From Rhodosorus marinus CCMP1338 (lineage: Eukaryota > Plantae > Rhodophyta): a DNA stretch of 64,000 nucleotides. Every line of letters starts with the position of its first letter. Position 1 is the stretch's first letter. The notes under the pieces were generated by a model, which saw only the letters and a list, made by a program, of their open reading frames with translations, was not told the DNA's origin and ran no database searches. Location: the NCBI GenBank assembly GCA_029953675.1, contig JAMWBK010000009.1, positions 992,001 to 1,056,000 of the forward strand. The letters are read 5' to 3'. Below, piece after piece: positions 13,000-25,626 of this stretch. The translations under genes and the position numbers were made by a program.

Positions 13000-14110
13000 A
13001 AGAATCCCTGTCTAGTTCACCATTCCAATGAGCAAGGAATTCCGCTCCTTCATCCCGTCCCGAGTAGATGTTGTTTTCGCTTCTGGCGGATCATGCGACA
13101 ATGGTCAGAACGCTACCGGGTTTCTGACTTTTTAGATAACCTGATGAGAAAGCGGAATTGACCTTCAGGATTTACTTCAGTTAAGGGTTAAGTCTCTTCC
13201 AAGCAAAGCCAACGCTTCGCTCCCTCTTCCACCGGTTTTCGTCTCGTCAACGAGTAGATTTTGTTTTCGCTTATCGTGGACAGGCATTGTGGTGAGAATG
13301 CTATTGGGTTTCTGACTCTTGGATAGCGAGATGGGAGAGAGCAAACAGATCTCCTAATTCAGCTTCAGTGAGCGGTGAAGTTGCTTCGAAGCAAAGCAAG
13401 TGCTTCCCTCCCTCTTTCGACCGGTTTTCATCTGGTCTTGAGTAGATTTGGTTTTCGCTTCTCGTCGATCCGGCAATATTGGTGGGAACGTACTGGGCTT
13501 CTGACTTTTGTATAACCTGATGAGAGATCGAAATTGACCTTCAGAGTCTGTTTCAGTCGAACTTCAAATCGCTCTGAATCTGAGCAAATGCTTCCCTCGC
13601 TCTTCCGAGCGGTTTTTATCTCGTCCGCACGATCGAGGTGAGAGTGCAGGTTGGATTTTTGACTGCGGTTATGCTGATGGGAAAGAGGAAGAGACCTCCC
13701 GGGCAACTTCAGGGAACGGCGAATCCGTTTCCACGTAAAGCCAATCCCTCCCTCCCTCTTCCGAACGGTTTTGACCTCGTCTGGATCGGGCAATAGTGTT
13801 GAGAACACTTGCGGTGATGATGATGGGTGAGGGAACAACCTGCAAGCTTCAGTCAACGATGAAGTGGCTTCCAAGTAGAGGAGAGGGGTCCCCTCCCTCT
13901 TCCGAGTATACTAAATTTTCGTATCCCGACGATCAGCCCATAGTGGTGAGAATGCCGCTGGATCTGATGTTGGATACGCTGGTGGGAGAGATTCCGTGGG
14001 GTTCGTAAAACTGGACTCTGTTCAGTTAACGATGATACCATTTCCGAGTAAACTCGAATGCTTTCCTCCCTGCTCAGAACGGTTTGACTTCTGCTTTGCT
14101 CGTCGATAAG
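13000..14110. repeat. Degenerate tandem array, about 6 units, about 188-190 bp period decaying to 140-175 bp
   Basis: GAGTAGAT-TGTTTTCGCTT at 13062, 13252 and 13440. Core CCCTCTTCC-A-CGGTTTT (with variants) at about 13222, 13410, 13598, 13754, 13895 and 14068. Confidence 0.9.
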
Positions 14111-15820
14111 GCAAGAGGTGAGAACGGTGTAGCTTTTGGTGGGAGAGAAGGGTATGAGGGCTGGCCCCGTGACGCCGCTTCTAAGTAAAACACGTCATTT
14201 TTCCCTACCCCTGAGGACGGTTGTTCAGCTTGTCCCAGAAGATCTGCTATGGACTGGGGTACTCGCGCTCAAAGACCCTCTGTCAAATCCGCACCGAATA
14301 CTCCAAGATTAGCTCAGCAGCAACATGAACTGACTCATGGAAGTCCTGCCTGATCTTTCAGCTTCATGGTTTTAAGGTATTGTGTCGCTACGTAGTGGTG
14401 ACCTCTCGAGCTCTGCTGCACTCAACAAGATGATGTTCTCAGTCTAGGCTACTCTGGGGAAAATCGTCTTGGTTAAAAGCTCTGCGTTGTTGTCCAGGAG
14501 AGTGTGCGTCTCTGCGCAGAGACGCACGCTCTCCTGGCGATAAGCGACCTGTAACAATAAGTCAATGTGGATACACCCCCTCGCGCTCCGTTCCAATATC
14601 CATCGAAGCGGACTTGTTTGGGACGGTCAGTCTGTACTAGTAGACGAGGTGAGGGTGAGTTTCTCATCGGCTAGCTACTCTGAAGAAAGAAGAGAATGCC
14701 AAGAAACGCGTAGGGCACCCGCAGAGACTTCAAGACTAGAGTGTACATAAGCCAAACCCTGACTATCCTATCTGTTTTCTAGTACTGTTCAGGTTCTCAC
14801 ATAGTCCAATAGAGTTAAGAAACCTCACTCAAGCGCTGCGGTTTTCGTGTTGCCTAGTTTTCCTGTATTGCAGGAGAAAAACAACCTATATCATATATTT
14901 AGACGTATACATCTATATTTTAAAACATGTCCTATTCTCTAGAATTCGTATTTCTAACCTTTTTTTCATTCCTGAGCGGGAGAAATACAAAGCAAACTCG
15001 AAAAAATTACATTTAAGTGCATTCAGTCCCAAAAAAGTGCATTCTAGATCTTGCTATCAAATGCACAACCTAGGGGGGGGTTAGGGAGTGTCCCAAAATT
15101 ACACTCCATTCTCTCTTTTATCTAAAATATTTTTAGCGGGAGAGTGAAAGCTCGCTCATCATATCTGCAAGAAAACAACATTTCTCTTCACGAATAAAAT
15201 ACTGACACGTCACCCTAACGGATTTTTTTGTCCATATATAATTTTGTAGAAGAAAAAATATTCTTCGGGCTAAACATGCATTGAAAATGGTGAAAAAAAT
15301 AAGGTCCAGCTGGAGCAGAGAAAAATTTAGCGTTGATATGGAGAGGGGGGGGGGGTATAACTTAGTAGAAAAAACTATTTTCCGTTATTTACTTGTAAAA
15401 AGTAAATTTTTAGAGGATCATGAGAATTTTGTTGTACGGGATAGTTCTTGAGATACAGTTGAAGGATAATTTTTTTTGTGGATTCAATTTTTGTTTTGGA
15501 TGGATAACTTCCACCATCTCAGGCACTTGTTTTTTTTTATTTTAGAGGGATTTTGGAAATTGGCAAAATAGAGAGTTTACTGTCCTTTTCCTTGACAGCA
15601 GACTTTAGCGGAGGAGCAATTTCCATTTTTTTGGGGGGGTGGGGGGAGTGTTATGCTGCTGACGACTTAAGAAGGGATTGTGGAGGTTTGTTAGATGTGA
15701 AGAGTTTGGGATGGGTCGGAGAAGGGGAGGGGGGGAGGGGGGAGGAGCTTGGTGGTTGGAGTGGTAGTAGAGGGTTGAATTGAAATCTTGAGGGGTAACG
15801 TGAGAACTCGCGATTTTTGA

Positions 15821-15860
15821 GTGTGCGTGTGTGTGTGTGTGTGTGTGTGCGCGTGTGTGT
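15821..15860 (+). repeat. (GT)n microsatellite
   Basis: Near-perfect GT dinucleotide run of about 40 bp upstream of the CUE-domain gene. Confidence 0.95.
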
Positions 15861-15973
15861 TATTTTAGGGAGGAGGAAAAGGTTGGTGAGAATTCCTTGT
15901 GGGGGTTTGTTTCGATTGTTATAGTAGTTGAGCGGGGATTGCTTGTTAGGATAGGCCTGGCGCTGTTGTGCAG

Positions 15974-17121
15974 ATGAATACGGAAATGGAGCAGAAGGTT
16001 TCTGCCATGGTGGCGATTTTCCCGTCTGTGAGCAGGGATAGGCTTCGAAGTGCATTGGATTCGCAGGGTGGAAACGTAGAGAGTGCAATCAACATGCTGC
16101 TGGCAGAGACTCGTGAGCCGGAGTAAGCAGGACTGCCAGCAAGCGGCGTTTTCGATCATCTTGAATTTGCTCGGACGGCAGGAGAATGATGATGCTTATT
16201 TGGCTGATCAAGGATTTTTTGCATTATTTCCGATTCACAGACCGACCGAGCAACCCGTGAATAGTAGCATAGTTTACGACTCTGGAAATGCTACCTTGGA
16301 TGCTGCTAGAACATTACAGTTAGCTGAGGATGAACGACTTGCGCAGATGCTGCAGGTGTGTCCCGCTTTCATGTTTGACTGTGCCCTAGATTTCCGGACA
16401 CCCCGTAGCCCGTACATGGTCACGGATCTGACTTCGCCTGTGTTTCTTAACGTATTGCAGAGGGAGGAAATTAGCAACGCCAACGGGGCCGGAACTGGAC
16501 TTGGCGATATAAATGTTGGTGTGTGGTCGCTCCCTTCTGCTAACGATGTCCAGTCCGGTATGCATGTTGTGTATGACAACATCAAGTACTACTCAGATGG
16601 TAAGCACTAATGTACAGATGCTGGACGCATGCTTCGCTTGCGGTTCCGTTCAGGATCAGAAAATTAACTCCATTTCGTCAATGTTGCAGCTGCTTACCGT
16701 CGGATGGTGGACTTGTATCAGCAGTATGTTGACGGCGGTGAGGGTAGTGGCGTGGTAAGTACAGCCGCATTTCTGTCGTTAGCCCACGCAAGAAAATTAA
16801 GTTGCTTGTATATGCTCCGTTTCATGCAGAGAGGTGAAAGGCGACCAGACGAATCAATTCAGGATGAGGTCAGAGTGGTTAGATCAGGGATGGCCGACGA
16901 GAGCACAGCAAGTCTCAGGACAGCGCACACGGCGGGATATTCCGGTAAGGAGCGGTACACAGAATTTTATCTGGTGAACGAGGCATTTACTGAGACCGAC
17001 CGTGCTTCTCTTGTTGTTATTTTTACTCAAAAACTCTCCAGTTCCGTCGTCGCGAGCGAATGATGTGGTACCAAGAAGAAGACCAACTGCAACGGTGGAG
17101 GAGAGCTCAAAAGACAAGTAG
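15974..17121 (+). CDS. CUE (ubiquitin-binding) domain protein, multi-exon
   Basis: First exon MEQKVSAMVAIFPSVSRDRLRSALDSQGGNVESAINMLL matches CUE (MFP...L...G-VE-AI--LL). AEDERLAQMLQ follows, typical of CUEDC1-like proteins. Downstream exons are inferred from GT-AG sites. Confidence 0.75.
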
Positions 17122-17340
17122 ACCGGTTCTTTCCCTTTCCTCCGCTGCAATGCGAATGTAAAAAAGGTGCTTTTGTGAACAAAACATGACCAAGATGTAC
17201 CGACTTGTCGCCTTTGTTCACGCCTTAACAAAATCCATCCGGTCAAAAGGCCCCCACCTCGCGAGTCGATGATCAGGACTCTATTGTTGACGCAAGTGAT
17301 CGCGCGGTTCCCTTAGTGTCAGCCTCTCCAGAGCAGAGCT

Positions 17341-18660
17341 CTATTCAGGGGGGGTCAGTAGCTTCATAATATCCGTGATCGAGATTACGCCGCTGGGCGA
17401 CATTGAATTTTCCACAATCCACAATCTGTGAGTTCTCAACGCAACAAGCTTCTCCACGGCCTCTCCAAGGCTTCTGCTTGAACCGACCGTGAAAACCGGG
17501 TAGGTATCCTGGCATGGCAAGAACAACAATAGCAGTGAGACTACCTGAGAATCACACACCTTTCGAGGACGAGGCCCGGTGCTTTTTGCTTACCCGCGCT
17601 TGATTGTCGGAAGAAAATGCCTCCTCCCTCTTGACGTGGCCTAAAAACTTATCCACCTCCAACCAAAAGAAGTGATAATGCCGCTTGCGAAGGATCCACT
17701 TTACATCGGATAGACTCAAGGCACCGATAATTGCACTGAGATCAGCAAGCACGAACGTTCAAAGTTAGTGAGTGGAACCCACACCCCCGAGTTTGTTCAC
17801 GAGCACGAAACACGATTGGAATTCATACTTTCGAGCATTGGTTATTGCAACGCTGGAGATGTTCTTCTGGAGGAGCAGTTTAACGCCTTCGATGACCAAA
17901 CTATCGTGTGCAACTGCGAGGACGGTGCCCTTAACCATTCCCAAGTCCTTCAAGCTGCGACTCATAACACCCTTCAACTTGGGCAGGTTCGCCTGCAGAA
18001 ATCCCAACAGCAGTCCCTGCGAAAGCATACCCTCGAACTCACCGTGTTCAGCAACTACAGCTGTTCTGTGGATGCGGTTGCCGAACTGCCTCACAGGCAT
18101 GGTGAGCGTATCGGATGGTAGTACCGACGAAAACTGTATCCAAACGGATGATGATTAGATTCACTAAATAATAATATGCAGCCAGTGCGATAGCTGATGA
18201 AAGGGATCCCATTGGTTCTCACCGTTCGCTCAACAATAGTGGCAACTGGAACCTTAGGTCCAACAGAATGCAACAGGTCAGACATATTAAGCTCTTGCGG
18301 GCGTTTGTTTTGCGGCAACTTTGCGACCAGGGATTCAACAAGTGTGCGATAAGTGAACACTCCGATCAGTTGTTTCTTCTCCAAGTTTTCCACCGGGGCG
18401 GAAAGAATATTGTTCTTCAGCAGAATCTGCGGGATAAACGACAGCGAGGAATCAGTCCAAACAGTAGGGTAGAGCCATCTGATTCATCAAGGCCCAAGAA
18501 GAAAACCTGTGCAAGCGTCGATTACACTAACCTCGCATGCTCCCTCCACGGACTCATCTGCATTAATCACGATCGCATTCTGCTGCTTGATCAGCTCTCC
18601 ACAAGTCATTGAGCTCCAAAGCTCAGTCTCAGCCCTCACATCATCCTCCGACAACACCAT
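17341..18660 (-). CDS. CBS-domain protein (AMPK-gamma/SNF4/Sds23-like), multi-exon
   Basis: Repeated CBS motifs: INADESVEGACEILLKNNILSAPV, HRTAVVAEHGEFEGMLSQ, SLVIEGVKLLLQKNISSVAI, SLGEAVEKLVALRTHRLWIV..GVISITDIMKLL. Confidence 0.85.
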
Positions 18661-19362
18661 CCTCTCAACGCTTAACCTCGAAACTTGTTAAACCCTGTTT
18701 CGATGTGTAAAATTCGATCCGAACAAGCACCCAAACTCACTTAAGGAAACCCCAAAACCCCCCGGCCGCCTCCTCTTTGATTCCAACTCTTAAGAAGGGT
18801 TTCGAAAACAGACGAAGTCAAATCCTCACATTAACCCCGAGATTTTTACACATCCGCTCCAGATCAGATTCAGAACATATTATATATCCATAGTCCCTTC
18901 TCCTTCCTCTCTAGAAGTCCTGTCCAAATCAAACACATGTCCCACACAACCACTATAACACCTCTAATCCCACTCCCTTTGCCAACCCCCTTGTCAGTTC
19001 TACTTCCCCCAAAACTAAAATTCTATCACCAAGAAAAAACAAACGGGGATTCTCGTTTCACCATCATCAATCTTAAAACAAGAACAACAGTCCTTTTTAA
19101 TGAACCCCATTGAGACTGAATATATCTAAAATAAACTCCTCTTGTGAAGAATTCTAGGCTAAAAGTAGGCCAAGCAGCTCTGGAAACACTTTCGAACCCC
19201 ACCATCTCAACCCCCTTCCCATTCTTTTTCCGAACGACTTAAACCCACTTGAAATCTGTCAATTCATGTATTTGTGGCTTGGAGAGTAATCGTAGAACGG
19301 GTGCAGATACTTCTATTTGCAGTCCAAAGGGTTCCTCAAAAAAAGAATTTTCTGGGGAGGCC

Positions 19363-19439
19363 GGCTATTTTGGAAAAAAAAGAATACATGTACGTACGAA
19401 CTAGACAGCTGTCTAGTAAATTTCTTTTTGAAAATAGTC
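19363..19439. repeat. Imperfect inverted repeat with a perfect 18-bp palindromic core
   Basis: ACTAGACAGCTGTCTAGT at 19400-19417 is self-complementary. The outer arms GGCTATTTTGGAAAAAAAAGAA and TTTCTTTTTGAAAATAGTC are approximate reverse complements. Confidence 0.75.
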
Positions 19440-19838
19440 ATAGTTGATTTTCAATGATTTTTGGGAAAAAGTGCCTGTAGGGCATCTTCAGGGTGACTTC
19501 ATATTTGAACTTATTCGTCGTAATGCTTTGTTTGCAGACTGGAGTTTGAGCGGTTTGAGATCTACGGCGAACTTACTAAGGTTCGAAGTACAGTATAGCA
19601 CACTTCTCACCGATACCGTTCTTGTTTTGTTTTGAGCTCTCTGGCCTGAGCGCCAGCGCAGCCTAGGAATTAGGAGCTGGCCCCCCCTGCCCGGTATGAG
19701 TAGTACGTACAGCGTGAAGCCTGTGTTCTGTTGCGCTTTAATAGGCGAGCAGCAGGGTTTCGCGCGCTGTTTCGTCCGGGACGATCCTACCTGAGATCTC
19801 GATCAGAAACCATCACGGGGTCCTTCGTTCTGTTATTT

Positions 19839-19884
19839 GGAGTTGATGTGTGTAGCAATAGGGAGTTGATGTGTGTAGCAATAG
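19839..19884. repeat. Perfect 23-bp tandem duplication
   Basis: GGAGTTGATGTGTGTAGCAATAG twice, back to back. Confidence 0.95.
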
Positions 19885-20666
19885 GGAGGGGCTGGGACCG
19901 CAACCATACGCTCTTTGAGTGCGTGCTCAAAGAACGTGCTGGGTTCTACGATCGACAACATCGAGTATCGGTCAACTAGTCTCCTCCGCTTCCGTCCTGG
20001 TTTACACAGGATCGATGTGAACCCGGTTACGACTAGGTGCGTTCTGGGCGGGCTCCGGACAGCCAAAATGAAGTAAGTCATCTGACTACATTTTCCTATG
20101 GACTTTCTTCAACGACTCCCTTCACATAGGACAAGGCTCGCTATCCTTCACATCTCCCCAAATGCATAGGTTACCATCCGCGAGCCCACTCACCCCATCG
20201 TTAAAACCAAGGCCGACGTCGGCGAAGATTGATACTTCTCCTCGCATACCAACCCCATGGCTCAGGCCGGCCTTCAAAGAATTTCTTCCCAGGACCCTTG
20301 AACATTGCGTATAGGTCTACAAGCGCTGCTTCCTCCTGCCTCGAGCGTGGTTCTTCTGGTCCCTGACTAGGTTCATCGAAAAACTCAAAGACGAGAACTC
20401 TGTCCCAATCCTCAAGCAATCTTCTAGGAGAGATTCCTTTTCCAAGCGTACGTACCTTGCATTAGCAGCTCTGCTTGTGGATCAGCCAGACCAGCCGTTG
20501 ATTCCGACTTTTTCTTTTTATCGTAGCTAGAGACCCCGCGTCCCTAGGCAGTGATCGAATTTGTGCTGCGCTGCCTTAGGCAGCTGCCCAGCAAAGGTTA
20601 TGGTTGCCCAAACATCCCCTCCCTCTTCGAAGAGATGAAGCGTTCGTTTAAGAGTTCGTCTAGTTA

Positions 20667-20760
20667 AAGGAGAAGAGCGTTGGGGGTCGTCGAGCAATAA
20701 GGAGAAGAGCGTTGTGGATCGTCTTGGCAAAGGAGAAAAGCGCTCGGGAATTGTCCACTC
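20667..20760. repeat. Degenerate 31-32 bp tandem repeat, 3 copies
   Basis: AAGGAGAAGAGCGTTG-GG-TCGTC starts at 20667, 20699 and 20730. Confidence 0.8.
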
Positions 20761-21061
20761 AACGAAATTCGACATTTTCTGGGGACTTTGTAACTAGTTG
20801 TCGTCGGCAATGAAAGGATGAAGACGGTTTTGCTTTTTTCTTCTTGAAGGCGTTTGTGGGTTCTTGAAGTACCTATCGGATTGAGAGCGGGGAAATGCAT
20901 AAGAGAATTAGGAAAGCGGATAGGCGATGGATGAATCAAAGGAATAGAGACGTTTCGGTGGGAGTTTGTTGAGTGGTTGTTTGGGGCCCTGGAGGGATTC
21001 AAGTTGGGAGCTGGATTTTGTTTGTTCGTTTGTTTGTTTGTTTTGGTCGCTGGAAGGAACG

Positions 21062-21672
21062 ATGATTGAAGGACTGGTAAAGCCTTTGAGAAAGCGGTCT
21101 CATACGTTCGATGGCCCAACTCCTGAGGAACTTCCAATTTTCCAGAAGGAAATTCAGCGGCAATTGGAAGATGAGAAGGCGGCGCAACAAGCGGATCGAA
21201 CTGAGAAAGCTTCTGAGGTAAGCGTTCGAAAGCAAGGGAATGCTGATGGGTGATATCCTTTTCCGTTGCCCTGCTTGGAACAGATCCCTGAGACTTCTTG
21301 TTTCTGTTCTGTTTTTTGTTCTAGGGAAAAAACGGCATGGATATGGATCCTCCACCCTCCAAGCCGGAATTGAAAACGAAGGAGGAGAAGGTGGTCGCTA
21401 AGGAGGAGGTTCGAGTTGTTAAGGAGGAGAAAGTTTTGGTACAGGAACTTGCTAGAAAGCCCGAGCCAGAGAACTCAAAGGCGGACGAAGCAATCGAGCC
21501 AGAAAGCCCGGAGGAGGCTAAGCTGAAAGAATTAGAATCAGAACTGAAGAGGCTCCAGGCGAGGAAAAAAGAGCTCTACAAGCAGCTGAAGCAAGTCATT
21601 GAAAGGGATAGGAGCAAGCAGAAGGTGCGGAAGGTACCTGCTGTGACTCCAAGACTAACAGGCAAACCTTGA
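21062..21672 (+). CDS. Hypothetical charged coiled-coil protein (2-3 exons)
   Basis: ATG 21062 opens MIEGLVKPLRKRSHTFDGPTPEEL, then a GTAAGC..CTAG intron, then an exon with EEAKLKELESELKRLQARKKELYKQLK (coiled coil). A short third intron with CTAAC could extend the stop to 21859. Confidence 0.6.
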
Positions 21673-21895
21673 TGCAACGAGATACTCTACACCTGATATA
21701 TTCCAGATAAGACTGGATCCAGCGCTAGAACTGCAGCGCTCCACCTGGACTCTTGTGATACCTGGTGATCTCAGTTTTCTCAGGAGAGAGAGCGCGCGCG
21801 CGATAGAGAGCAAGAGAGATAGAGCGAGAAAGTCCTCTCCTCGAGTGTTATATCGTTGAGCAGCTCCGAAGATCTCAAGCTCCATTTTTTCTGAT

Positions 21896-24362
21896 TTATT
21901 CAATGGATATTGATATGATCTTAATCGGATTAACTGGCCGATCCTTAACTGCCTTAGTCCTCTCTATTGAAACGACAGTGTCCATACCCTTGGTCACCCT
22001 TCCGAATACTGTGTGCTTTCCATCCAGCCACGGCGCCGCCACAGTTGTAATAAAGAATTGACTCCCGTTCGTGTTTGGACCTGCGTTCGCCATACTCAAC
22101 TATGGTTCGAAACCATCCAAAGGACAACAAAAAATTCAAAGAGAAGCGGGTTTTCCGGATCAGCCCTTGTCAGCACGTTACGCAAGTCAAGAGTATGCGC
22201 TCGACGAGCGACTGGGAAGGCGCTATCGCTTTCTCTCAAAACGGACCGGCGAAAAACCTGAGTAAGAAAAAAGAACTTACCACACCAGGTCGATCATGCT
22301 TGAGATGTCGCCTGATCTCATCCTCAAATTCCCCTCCCCATATGCTCTCTCCTCCCGTGCCATCCCCTCGCGGATCACCAGTCTGTATCATGAAGTCCTT
22401 AATAACTCTGTGAAACAGTACGTTGTTGTAGTAGCCGTTCTTAGCATGCTTTGTGAAGTTCTCGACAGTCTTAGGACACTCCTTGGGGAAGAGTTTGAGG
22501 TGGATATCGCCGAGGCTGGTCTGCAGAATAAGGGACTCTGGCAGGCCGGACTCTTTTTCCCCGTCCTGATCATCCTCCTTCCCATCTGCCGCGGTACCAT
22601 CGGCGTTTCTTCGAGGTCGCCTGGCGCCACCAGCGGGAAGGACCTTCTCATTGAACACGTCACGCCCGGTTTCGCCTCCGTCCTCTCCTGGCTCTGACCT
22701 ACTGAAGATGAACAGCCTCTGCCTGTCGAATGAAGTGGCAACAACGGCTGGATCTGCTTCCTCTTGCGCCTGCTCAGCGCCGTTCATCAACGAGACGCCT
22801 CGGCTGGGAGTTCCTTGGAACAGGGCAAGCCTCAAAAACCTCTCCGAACTCTCCCCAAAGCCAAGCCACCGCGCGAGCCGATTCGTAACCAAGTTCAGTA
22901 CCTTTATACCAAGCGGAGTCCCATACAGCAGAAACTTCCCGCTCTCGTCGAAGATCGCGTTAGGAATTGAAACATCTTCCCTCCCTGAGGTCAGAGCCTC
23001 CTCCAGCGACCGCTCACGAGCCATCCGCCTCCCGAAATCTACAGGATCAAGCTTTTTCTGAGAACAAAGGAAGAAGTGGATTGGCGAGCAAGTTCAGAGA
23101 AGATGCCGTTAGACGTACCGGACTGGAAGCAGCAACGCTCACGTCCAAGACAAAAACAAAGCAAAAGTCAGAGACTCAATCTACTAGGAGGACATGTCTA
23201 GCAGTGTCAGTTCAAGCTGTCGTCTACTTTGAGAAGGCTCTAGCTAATGAACGTTGTTGCTGCCCAAAACTGAATCGAACTCTGAAGTTGGAGAAAATCC
23301 ATGCGTTGGGTAACTGCTAGGGGAAAACGATAATCGCGTACCTCTCTGTCCTGTTGTTCATGGGTCCGCGGTAGGGTTTCATCATAGGTCCTAGTGAGCT
23401 TGCCAGTTCCGTACCGAAAGACTCGTATGTGTCTGTCTCTAGACATACAGACGAACAGGTTTCCATCTCTGGAAAATTCTAGGCTCGTCGGGTCCGTGTT
23501 CTTCTTCGCGAGCTCGTACAGGTCTGTGTCGCTTTTGTAGGAAAACTCAACTCCACCTACATGAGACGTGGGGTCCTCTTCCTCCGGGCTCCAGTACTCA
23601 ACCATTCGCTTAGTGTCGATGCTCACAACAGATCTGTGCACAGGGTTGTAGCGCATGAGATGGATAGGTGTACGGTGCGGGAGGTTCTTGATAACTCGAA
23701 AAGGTTTCCCTTCATTCGATCGATACAGATAAACAGTTGGAGATTCATTGTCGGCGACAGCAAGTACTGCAGCCGCCGAATTTTGAGAGTGTATCCATTC
23801 GCAGACTCCAGGAGCGTACTCGGTTGAGACAAAGTTAACCTTGTCAATCAAGCAAGATTTAAACGTTAGAAACCCCGTAGCTTCTTAACGGTATGAAGTC
23901 CTTCAGTTTTGTGGTTGGCGATCTTACCATATCGAAACCAACCACGTCGAAAACCTTCATCGTTTTGTCGCCTTGAGATGAGCTACCAAGCCACAACCCG
24001 TCCCCGCTCACAGCAAGACCAGAAAATGCTCCGACGTGAGCTCTGAACATCTTCACAAACTCAATGCCGTCCGCGATCTTCTTCCAAAACTTCAACTGCC
24101 CATCTACAGATGCCGTGATCACCATATCAGTCCTCGGCGTTATCAACACGTGTGTCACCACATCTCGATGCATGTAGCTCTTCTGGTACATCTCAGCGCT
24201 CGGTAGGGCATCAAGGTACACTTTCTCATTCTTCAAAATCCTGCGTTTCTTCTTCACAGGGCGCCTCCCGCCCACCCCACCATCCGCCTCCCCATCAGGA
24301 GGAGGCGGTGGTGGCGCTGGACCAGTGTCCAGATCCTCCCCATCAGAACTTTCACTGCTCAT
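21896..24362 (-). CDS. PPWD1: Peptidylprolyl isomerase domain and WD repeat-containing protein 1 (CYP71-like)
   Basis: [24 protein letters not shown] and [13 protein letters not shown] (WD40), then the cyclophilin domain [80 protein letters not shown]. Confidence 0.96.
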
Positions 24363-25626
24363 CCTCCTTCGTGAACAAGAAGGATGAAAACCTCTTCGAA
24401 TGGAAAAGCTTCCAAATAAACCCAAAACATATACCCCAGAAAACACAATGAGAGAAAACCGCTTCCTAATCTGCTCAAATGGCTGCTCTTCTTCCTGCTC
24501 AAAAAAGCGTCCAAAAGTCCGAACCTCTTCCTCATGAGATGCCTATAATTCGTAAACTTATTTCTAAAGATTCCAGATCATGAAATGCGTTTATTAATAT
24601 ATTCGTATTATTTTTTTAAAATGATGATGTTCTGGGGGAACGTTTAAACTCTGTGCAGAGTTGATCCTAGAATATGCTCCCAACAGTTGCATCGTGAAGG
24701 CACCTGCGCTGACGGCTGGCGAGGAGAAAAACGAACGTCGTGGTTGCAAAGGTAGACCCTCCAATTGTGCTTCCGAAGGACAGTCCGATACCTCAAAGCA
24801 GACGAGTCGGTGGTGGATAAGGTGACAACGAGGTCGAGGATATCGAGAGAGGAACAGCTACAAATTCGGGGAATTCACCTCCGCGAACTCCATCTCGAAG
24901 TTCGTTTGCGCCACACGGCAGGCGGCTGAGCGGATTGTAATCTGAAGCAGCGGCAGAGTGTTAATAAGACAAATTTCGTTCTTCTTTTGCAATTCTGTAG
25001 TCTACGGAGCGGAATAGCAATTCGCAATTCAGCCTGCCCCACAGGGATCGAGACCTCTTAAGCTATACTTGGGAGTTCTTGGCATCGTGGAAATTTGTGC
25101 GCAAGCTTTCACCTTACAATGCTGAATCCAATGTTCAGGATGCACCCGTTATCTTCAGTCAACTAACTTACTTCAGGGTGGCCGCTTATGGGAAAGTCCG
25201 TTCCAGAGTGATTTCCTATTTTGAGTCTTAGTTTTTGGTCTGTGATTTGTACATGAAGATCTGGATACCGGAACTCCATCGTTTCGCCGGTGTTTCCAGA
25301 ACAGTCTCGTCCATCTGTTCAAATACCTAACCAGAACTTTGCACCGCGTCGTACTCCAGTTTCTGGTTCGTTCCGCTGAATTACATTGCCCACAGCCACC
25401 AGGCCCCCCTTAAAAGGCCTCGGCATCTCCGAACGAGAAGACGCATAACTAAAAAAATTCCGGCTTGCGAAACTGCATGGGAGGTTCTACGTTGCGCAAT
25501 TTTTTCTTCTGGGAAGAGTTGCAGCCGGTCGTTGAAACCGAACTGGAAACGTCTAGTGGCTGGTCAAGCTGACCTGGGTGTATGCGTCTCTGTCCCCCAT
25601 GATTAACTCTAATAAGAAGCTCTCGT

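Noticed and set aside
13062-13640. TGATGA and CTGA words in array units, considered as a tandem C/D snoRNA cluster or CRISPR-like array
   Set aside because: The boxes are in the wrong order and spacing and are not kept in all units. Whole units are homologous, so there is no repeat-spacer structure and there are no cas genes.
13428-13874. 148-aa minus-strand ORF with repeated DE(V/I)KT-RK-EG, considered as a repeat protein
   Set aside because: It merely reads through the DNA array. Neighbouring units are frameshifted (188/190 bp) and contain stops.
20201-20530. Possible spliced minus-strand gene (GTACGT donor, ORF with KFFEGRPEPWGWY)
   Set aside because: Candidate exon phases do not join into a long frame, and there is no family match.
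24670-25440. GC-balanced spacer between PPWD1 and SAP30BP, examined for ncRNA or coding potential
   Set aside because: No ORF of 60 aa or more and no snRNA, SRP or tRNA signature recognised.
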